Assembly (NCBI GenBank): GCA_964638845.1
Contig: CAZXBN010000005.1
Location: forward strand, 1 to 17,212
DNA from: an uncultured Candidatus Saccharibacteria bacterium
GTDB taxonomy: Bacteria > Patescibacteriota > Minisyncoccia > Minisyncoccales > JANBVM01
Reading direction: 5' to 3'
DNA: 17,212 nucleotides
Of the stretch, positions 1-5,604 are shown one piece after another. The notes beneath the pieces are model-generated. The model did no database searches. It saw only the letters and a program-made list of their open reading frames with translations, and was not told the origin of the DNA. Made by a program: the position numbers and the translations under genes. Each line of letters begins with the position of its first letter. Within the stretch, counting starts at the first letter, position 1.

Positions 1-237
1 AAAGTTAAAAACTTAGATTTAGATATTAAAAAATTTAATCTTATCTCAGAAGAAAGAATTAATATTTTGACTGAAGAAGGTTGGCAAATCTATTTAGATC
101 CTCAAAAAGATATTAATTGGCAGTTCACTAAACTTGAAACTGTTCTTAAAGGCTATCTTTCTTCTGACGAAAGAAAAAACTTAGAGTATATTGAATTAAG
201 ATTTGGTAATACAGCTCCTATTAAGAAAAGAGACTAA
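1..237 (+). CDS. C-terminal fragment of an FtsQ/DivIB-like cell-division protein (5' end outside window)
   Basis: Frame 1 is open from base 1 to TAA at 235-237 (78 codons: ...EEGWQIYLDPQKDINWQFTKLETVLKGYLSSDERKNLEYIELRFGNTAPIKKRD). The terminal L-x-YI(D/E)LRF-x-N pattern resembles FtsQ-family C-termini. It is absent from the ORF track because it has no start codon in the window. Confidence 0.4.
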   Translation, partial: KVKNLDLDIKKFNLISEERINILTEEGWQIYLDPQKDINWQFTKLETVLKGYLSSDERKNLEYIELRFGNTAPIKKRD

Positions 238-1964
238 GGGATATAGTAAATAAAGATTGATTTACCAGCTTTTGCTATTGGCTTATAGTCTTGAAGCCAA
301 CGATAGTAACCTCCATCATATTCAAAGCTAGGAAGAGGTTTTCCTGTTCCTGATTGAAGTAGGGTTGCTGAAACAGCAATATATCCTTTTGGTTTTTCTT
401 TTCGAGCATCAAACCATTCGGCTTTTTCTGGAAAATAATAATTTACATCAGCACCTCCAAAATAATCTATTTTAATTTTTTCAATATTATTTTCTTCAAC
501 CCATTTTTTAAGTCTTTTTAAATCTTGCCCCCAATCATAATTTGAATCAACAACATATTTATAGCCGTCATTAGTTCCAATCATTTCATTAAAGTAGGGA
601 ATATAATAAGGATAATTTAAAACTGAAGAAGCTGAATACCAACCAAGTGAAAAAAGAATAAAAGCAGACCCCATTACTTTAATTGTTTGTTTTTTACTTT
701 TTTGAATACTTTTTACAAGGTATGAACTTACAAGCATATAAGTAAAAGGAAAAACAGGGAGGAGGTGTCTAATTCCTAAGTTTAAATTTCCAAAAGCAGA
801 AGTTAGCCAATAAATTGCTAAAAAGATAAGCATTGATAATTCAGTAAAGTTATTTTTTAGTTTTTCTTTAATTGATTGGGTTTGTTTTTTAAATCTTTTT
901 ACAATGAATACTAATAAAGCAGTTATAGTTAAAACATGAAGTGCAATTGGAGCTTTAAGTAAATAGACTATTTGGAAATAATTTTTAAAACTTGCATTGT
1001 TTAATTTTCCAAGAAAGAAAGTTGTATTTCCAAACATTGTTCTTTGAGTTGCCATTAAAAGACCAGTAAAGTATAAACCTAAAGATCTTAAGATCGGGAT
1101 ATTTGATATTGAGATTAGCAAGTTTCTTAATGGGTCAAAAAAGTTTTTAGCTAGCATTCTAGTTGTATCTCTTAATTGTCTTTCTGGGGGGTAATTCATA
1201 ACATGCCATTGATATACTGGCCAAACAACAAAAATTACTGCTATTAAGCCAACTAAGACTGATTTAATAAGGTATTCAAACAGGTTTTTGTTTTTTAAGA
1301 AAACATAGATAAGAGTAATAATTCCAAAGAAGGGAACAAGAAGAGCCATTGAAAATTTAAGAAGTATTGTAAATCCAAAAACAAGACTAGTAATAATTAT
1401 GTTTTTTCGAGAAGGGTTTTTTAGAAATTTTAACCAAAAGTAGGTACTAACAACAAAGCCAAAAGTGGCTCCCAAATCGGTAGTAACTAATCTTCCGTGA
1501 GCTATAAGACTAGGTGAAAAAGAGAATAAGACTAAAACAAATAAAGCTGTTTTATTTCCATATTTTTCTTTAGCCCACTTAAAAAGAAACCAACCAAGAA
1601 AAACTAAAACAAAAAGCATTGGTATTCTAGCTAAAAAAACTATTTGATCAGCATTATTACCAGAATGGAAAATAAACTTATTACCGAAATCCCATTGGTT
1701 GTTTATTCCTTCTTGCCAAGCAGAACTTTCAGATGGGAAGTTTAAATCTAAAAATAAAAGAGGAATAGCTGATAAATCTTTAATGAAAGGAGGGTGTTCC
1801 GGGTTAATTCTAAAATCTTGTTGGGTTAAATAAGAATATCCGGCTGGAATATGAGATAGTTCATCAAAAGTCAGAGAATTATTTTTTACACTAAAAAAAC
1901 CTATTAAGAAAGTTATTGAAAGCAATAATATCGCAATAATGTTTGTTTTTTTATCTGTTATCAT
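234..1964 (-). CDS. GT-C fold membrane glycosyltransferase, PMT_2/ArnT-like (GT39/GT83-type, polyprenyl-phosphate-sugar dependent)
   Basis: 576-aa ORF with many hydrophobic segments. The first extracytoplasmic loop carries FDELSHIPAGYSY and NPEHPPFIKDL, the acidic DE motif plus EHPP-x-K signature of PMT_2/ArnT-type enzymes. The C-terminal domain looks soluble (YDWGQDLKRLKKW...). ATGA start/stop overlap with the upstream paralogue at 1961-1964. Confidence 0.8.
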   Translation of the reverse strand: MITDKKTNIIAILLLSITFLIGFFSVKNNSLTFDELSHIPAGYSYLTQQDFRINPEHPPFIKDLSAIPLLFLDLNFPSESSAWQEGINNQWDFGNKFIFHSGNNADQIVFLARIPMLFVLVFLGWFLFKWAKEKYGNKTALFVLVLFSFSPSLIAHGRLVTTDLGATFGFVVSTYFWLKFLKNPSRKNIIITSLVFGFTILLKFSMALLVPFFGIITLIYVFLKNKNLFEYLIKSVLVGLIAVIFVVWPVYQWHVMNYPPERQLRDTTRMLAKNFFDPLRNLLISISNIPILRSLGLYFTGLLMATQRTMFGNTTFFLGKLNNASFKNYFQIVYLLKAPIALHVLTITALLVFIVKRFKKQTQSIKEKLKNNFTELSMLIFLAIYWLTSAFGNLNLGIRHLLPVFPFTYMLVSSYLVKSIQKSKKQTIKVMGSAFILFSLGWYSASSVLNYPYYIPYFNEMIGTNDGYKYVVDSNYDWGQDLKRLKKWVEENNIEKIKIDYFGGADVNYYFPEKAEWFDARKEKPKGYIAVSATLLQSGTGKPLPSFEYDGGYYRWLQDYKPIAKAGKSIFIYYIP

Positions 1965-3451
1965 ATTTTAAAAATAGTTATATTATTTTGATGAATTATT
2001 TTTCCTTTTGGGAATTTTTCTTTTAATTTTTGAAACAATTGGTTATTTTCTTTATCAATTGGAACGATTACGGTGTTTTCTTTTTCTGGAATTTGGTTGA
2101 TATTTTCTGGGAATAAATATAATGATTTTTTATTCTCGATATTTTCTAAAAACATAGTTGTTTCAGATGTTACTGGAGAACTAATTACTATTTTATTAGT
2201 AGATGGAGGGAGAGAATTAAGGTATCTCCCAAGTTGAACATAATAATTTTTAAAAGCACTTCTAGTTTCTTCTTGATTAGACCAATTTATAAAATAATTA
2301 TTAAATTGGAGAAGAACGATTAAAACTAAAATAGACAAAAATATCTTTTTAATTATTTTTTTATTATATTTTTTTATACATTTTTGGTAGGTGGTTAAAA
2401 AACCAAGAGCTGAAATAATATAAACAGCTGGAACTATTCCAATGGTTCTTAAAGCATGCGGACAGCCCTGACTTGTTAAGATTCCTGGAAGTAGCATGGC
2501 AAAAAACCAAATAATTATAATCTTTTCTTTGGTTTTGTTCTTTTTTAAATTCTTAATAAGAAAGAAAAAACCAATTAGAAAAAACAGACCAACAATCCAT
2601 GATAATTGAGGTTTTGTAGCAATGTTATGACGCCAATTTTGATCTCCAAAAATATTAAACATTCCTAAATGGAGGAACAAGCTTTTAAATAATTCCATGA
2701 TTGGGGATTGGGTTTTAAAAACAGAAACTTGAGCTCCTCTGTTTAAAATCTTTTCTGGCTTTGTTAAGAGTAAAATACCCATCGGAAGAGCAGTTAAAAA
2801 AATTGTTAATAAATTTGCAATACTTATTTTTAAAAATCTTTTTAAGTTCTTTTTGTTTTTCCAATAAAAGAACAAGATAGAGAAGAGGATTATAATTGAT
2901 AAATAAAAAGGTGAATAAGAATAAAAACCTAAACCATAAAATATTCCGGCTAGGATAGATTTTCCAACTTTGTTTTCTCTAAAAGCTTTTAATAAGAAGT
3001 AGAAAGAGAAAGTTAATAAAAAAGGAACAAGAATTCCTCGAAAGGCAATTCTTGAAAAATTAACGTGCCAAAAAGAAACAGAGAGTAGGAAGCTTGCCAA
3101 TAAGGCAATTTTTTCTTTGTTTTTATTTTTAAAGAACAGTTCTTTTGTAAATAGATATAATCCAAGGGTTGTTAAAATTCCAATTATTATTGAGGGAAGT
3201 CGTAAGGTTGTAATACTTGGTTTAAACAATTGAAAGGAAAGAGAGATTAACCAAATAAAGAGACCTTCTCGTCCATTATTATGTTCATAAAATAATTGAA
3301 ATTTATTTTTTAAAGTTTTTAAAGCGTCATTTCCATTCACTGCTTCATCAGGATAAAGACCGGGGGGAGAATCAGAGATATTCCAGAATCTAAAAAAAAT
3401 AGCTATCCCTAAAATCAAGAACAATAAAATTTTAGTTTTTCTCTTAGACAT
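1961..3451 (-). CDS. GT-C fold membrane glycosyltransferase, ArnT/PMT_2-like (second paralogue)
   Basis: 496-aa ORF, strongly hydrophobic and multi-spanning. Loop-1 motif PPGLYPDEAVNGNDAL is the DE-containing signature of ArnT-like GT-C enzymes. First gene of a two-gene minus-strand unit. Confidence 0.8.
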   Translation of the reverse strand: MSKRKTKILLFLILGIAIFFRFWNISDSPPGLYPDEAVNGNDALKTLKNKFQLFYEHNNGREGLFIWLISLSFQLFKPSITTLRLPSIIIGILTTLGLYLFTKELFFKNKNKEKIALLASFLLSVSFWHVNFSRIAFRGILVPFLLTFSFYFLLKAFRENKVGKSILAGIFYGLGFYSYSPFYLSIIILFSILFFYWKNKKNLKRFLKISIANLLTIFLTALPMGILLLTKPEKILNRGAQVSVFKTQSPIMELFKSLFLHLGMFNIFGDQNWRHNIATKPQLSWIVGLFFLIGFFFLIKNLKKNKTKEKIIIIWFFAMLLPGILTSQGCPHALRTIGIVPAVYIISALGFLTTYQKCIKKYNKKIIKKIFLSILVLIVLLQFNNYFINWSNQEETRSAFKNYYVQLGRYLNSLPPSTNKIVISSPVTSETTMFLENIENKKSLYLFPENINQIPEKENTVIVPIDKENNQLFQKLKEKFPKGKIIHQNNITIFKI

Positions 3452-3497
3452 ATTTAGTCATTTTACTATATTTTCTGAAAGTCTTCTAATTATTGAA

Positions 3498-3524
3498 TTA
3501 GCACTCTAAATTGTTGACCGCTAA
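3498..3524. promoter_or_regulatory. CIRCE-like HrcA operator (TTAGCACTC-N9-GACCGCTAA)
   Basis: Left arm TTAGCACTC (3498-3506) is a perfect match to the CIRCE consensus. The spacer is exactly 9 nt (3507-3515). Right arm GACCGCTAA (3516-3524) matches GAGTGCTAA at 7 of 9 positions. It lies directly upstream of hrcA. Confidence 0.75.
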
Positions 3525-3541
3525 AATTATTTTGTTATAAT
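3514..3541 (+). promoter_or_regulatory. sigma70-like promoter of the hrcA operon (TTGACC-N16-TGnTATAAT)
   Basis: TTGACC at 3514-3519, a 16-nt spacer, extended -10 TG at 3533-3534, and TATAAT at 3536-3541. The -35 box overlaps the right CIRCE arm. The -10 box ends 1 nt before the first of three tandem ATGs (3543, 3546, 3549). Confidence 0.55.
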
Positions 3542-3542
3542 T

Positions 3543-4262
3543 ATGATGATGATTTCAGAGAGAAAAGAAAATATTTTAAAAGGAGTTTTAATGGAGTATA
3601 TAGATACAGCTAAACCTGTAAGCTCCAAGTTAATTAAAGAAAAGTATAAGTTGGATTTTTGTTCTGCAACAATTAGAAATGAGATGCAAGAATTGAGTGA
3701 ATTAGGATTTTTGAATCAGCCTCATATTTCAGCTGGCCGAATTCCAACCGATAAGGCTTATAGATTTTTTGTAAATGAGTTATTGAAAAAGAAAAAGTTT
3801 AAAAAAAGAACTTCTTCTAAGTTAAAAAAGATATTTAAAAAAGAAAATGACGTTTTCAATTTTACGACTAGACTATCTAAATTTTTAGCAAGAAGATCTT
3901 TGAATCTCGTTGCTATTCAGCTTCTAGAGGAAGAGTTTTTTTGCAAGGAAGGGTGGGGAAGTATTTTGAAAAAACCAGAATCTAAAGAGGAAAAATTTAC
4001 TGACGAATTAGTAGATCTTTTACAAATTTTTGAAAAAAAAGTTAAAAATGTAGATGTTAATACTCAGATCAAGATTTATATTGGTGAGGAAAACCCTTTT
4101 ACTAAGGCCAACAATTTTAGCATGATTATTACGAAATGCTCTTTTCCTAAAAAAAGAAAAGGAATTATTTCTTTGTTGGGGCCTAAAAGGATGAGGTATC
4201 AAGATAATATAAGTTTAATAAATTCAATATTAAAAAATTTAGAAAAAAATAATTATGAATAA
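3543..4262 (+). CDS. hrcA: Heat-inducible transcription repressor HrcA (unusually short, 239 aa)
   Basis: The N-terminus ERKENILKGVLMEYIDTAKPVSSKLI...CSATIRNEMQELSELGFLNQPHISAGRIPTDKAYRFFV matches the HrcA winged-helix signature (SATIRNEM, HTSAGRIPT). The C-terminus ISLLGPKRMRYQDNISLINSI matches the conserved GP-x-RM-x-Y end. The true start may be ATG 3546 or 3549 (see findings). Confidence 0.9.
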   Translation: MMMISERKENILKGVLMEYIDTAKPVSSKLIKEKYKLDFCSATIRNEMQELSELGFLNQPHISAGRIPTDKAYRFFVNELLKKKKFKKRTSSKLKKIFKKENDVFNFTTRLSKFLARRSLNLVAIQLLEEEFFCKEGWGSILKKPESKEEKFTDELVDLLQIFEKKVKNVDVNTQIKIYIGEENPFTKANNFSMIITKCSFPKKRKGIISLLGPKRMRYQDNISLINSILKNLEKNNYE

Positions 4263-4755
4263 AGAAAAAGATCAAGAAGATATCAAGGATTTATCTAAAA
4301 AAGAATTAAAAGAAAAGCTTGAAAAATGTAAAAAGACTAAAGATAAATATTTAGATAATTGGAAAAGAGAAAGGGCTGCTTTCTTGAACTATAAAAAAGA
4401 GGGAGCGAAAAGAATTGATTCTTTAACTGAATACATTAAAACAGGCATTATTTTAGAACTTCTTCCAGTTATTGATAATTTTGATTTAGCTGAAAAGAGT
4501 ATTCCAGAAGATTTAAAAAAAGACGAAAACGTAAAAGGACTTTTACAGATTAAAAGACAAATTAAAGATTTTCTTAAAGGGGAGGGTGTGACTGAGATTA
4601 AGTGTTTAGAAGAAGAATTTGATCCGAACCTTCATGATATTGTAGAGAGTGTTGAACAAGAAGGAGAATCAGGAAAAATAATTGAAGTCATTAAGAAAGG
4701 TGAAAAAATTAAAGAAAAACTTTTGCGGCCGGCAAAAGTTAAAGTAATAAAATAA
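4255..4755 (+). CDS. grpE: Nucleotide exchange factor GrpE
   Basis: 166 aa. Motifs WKRERAAFLNYKKE, LLPVIDNFDLAEK, and FDPNLHDIVESVE...LLRPAKVKV are typical GrpE. 8-nt overlap (ATGAATAA) with the hrcA stop. Confidence 0.9.
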   Translation: MNKEKDQEDIKDLSKKELKEKLEKCKKTKDKYLDNWKRERAAFLNYKKEGAKRIDSLTEYIKTGIILELLPVIDNFDLAEKSIPEDLKKDENVKGLLQIKRQIKDFLKGEGVTEIKCLEEEFDPNLHDIVESVEQEGESGKIIEVIKKGEKIKEKLLRPAKVKVIK

Positions 4756-4762
4756 TTTAAAA

Positions 4763-5038
4763 ATGAGTAAAAAAATAAAAATTAAAGCTAATAATGAAGA
4801 CTTAAAAGGTAGCTATTCGAATTTAGTACGAGTATCAAATCAAAAGGAAGAATTTGTTTTGGATTTCTTGATGGCAGCTGGAAAATCTGGAGTTTTAAGT
4901 TCAAGAATTATTGTTAGCCCTAATCATTTAAAGAGAATTGTTAAAACTCTTCAGAATAGTGTTGAAAAATATGAAGACCAGTTTGGCGATATTGAAGAGA
5001 GTAAAGGAGAAGAAAAAAAGATAGGTTTTGTAAAATAA
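4763..5038 (+). CDS. DUF3467-like small protein of unknown function
   Basis: 91 aa. The pattern YSNLVRVSNQKEEFVLDFLM...SRIIVSPNHLKRIVKTLQNSVEKYEDQFGDI matches my recollection of the DUF3467 family (Y-x-N...EEF-x-LDF...P-x-h-x-KRL...YE-x-x-FG-x-I). It starts 7 nt after grpE. Confidence 0.65.
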   Translation: MSKKIKIKANNEDLKGSYSNLVRVSNQKEEFVLDFLMAAGKSGVLSSRIIVSPNHLKRIVKTLQNSVEKYEDQFGDIEESKGEEKKIGFVK

Positions 5039-5084
5039 AAATTAAATATAATAGTCGTATTATTAACCAATTTAAAAAATAAAT

Positions 5085-5531
5085 ATGTCATTAATACCAT
5101 GGAGACCATTTTGGGGAATGGACAAATGGTTCGAAGAAGAACCAAGATTATGGGAAGACTTTGAAGGTGACTTTCCAATGATTCAACCTCGAATGGATAT
5201 TTATAAGACAGATAAAGATATAGTTGCTGAAATTGAATTACCAGGAGTTGATCCTGAAAAAATTAATGCTGAAGTAGAAGATAATGTTTTAAAGATTCAA
5301 GCAGACCAAGAAATGAAAAAAGAAAATAAAGAAAAAGATTATTACCGAAAAGAAATTAGTTCAACTTATTATAAGAGAATAATACCTTTACCAGTTAAGG
5401 TTAAGGAAGACAAGGCAGAAGCAAGTTATGAGGACGGAATGTTAAAGATTGTTATTCCAAGAAAAGAGGAAAAGGAAAAGAAAAATAAAAAATTAAAAAT
5501 TAAGGTTAAAAATAAAAAGTCGAAAAAATAA
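5085..5531 (+). CDS. Small heat-shock protein, Hsp20/alpha-crystallin family
   Basis: 148 aa. Alpha-crystallin domain features: PRMDIYKTDKDIVAEIELPGVDPEKINAEVEDNVLKI and AEASYEDGMLKIVIPRKEE (the A-x-Y-x-(N/D)G-(V/M)L-x-I-x-IPK motif). Lys-rich C-terminal tail. Confidence 0.9.
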   Translation: MSLIPWRPFWGMDKWFEEEPRLWEDFEGDFPMIQPRMDIYKTDKDIVAEIELPGVDPEKINAEVEDNVLKIQADQEMKKENKEKDYYRKEISSTYYKRIIPLPVKVKEDKAEASYEDGMLKIVIPRKEEKEKKNKKLKIKVKNKKSKK

Positions 5532-5550
5532 TTAATTAAATTAATCGAAG

Positions 5551-5589
5551 GCAGTTTGTAAGCAAAGGGTTTTGTTTACAAACTGCTTT
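5551..5589 (+). terminator. Strong hairpin plus short T-tract (intrinsic terminator or attenuator) between hsp20 and dnaK
   Basis: GCAGTTTGTAAGCAAA (5551-5566) pairs with TTTGTTTACAAACTGC (5571-5586), giving a 16-bp stem with one G-U pair and loop GGGT. It is followed by TTTATTCT. This is the only long hairpin I found in any intergenic space of the window. Confidence 0.6.
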
Positions 5590-5604
5590 ATTCTAAAAAA
5601 AATT

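Noticed and set aside
3452-3497. Promoter for the divergent glycosyltransferase operon
   Set aside because: On the minus strand there are -10-like hexamers: TATAGT (3465-3470) and TAAAAT (3460-3465). I found no -35 element better than 3/6 at 16-18 nt spacing, so no call is made.
5572-5604. ORF-track start of dnaK at TTG 5572, adding [11 protein letters not shown] to the N-terminus
   Set aside because: The extension lies in the 3' arm and T-tract of the 5551-5589 hairpin. It uses a non-ATG start and precedes the universally conserved Hsp70 N-terminus, which begins at ATG 5605 ([11 protein letters not shown]).
5039-5604. Additional CIRCE elements in front of hsp20 or dnaK
   Set aside because: I searched both spacers by eye for TTAGCACTC or GAGTGCTAA-like arms and found none. 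The hairpin at 5551-5586 has an unrelated sequence.
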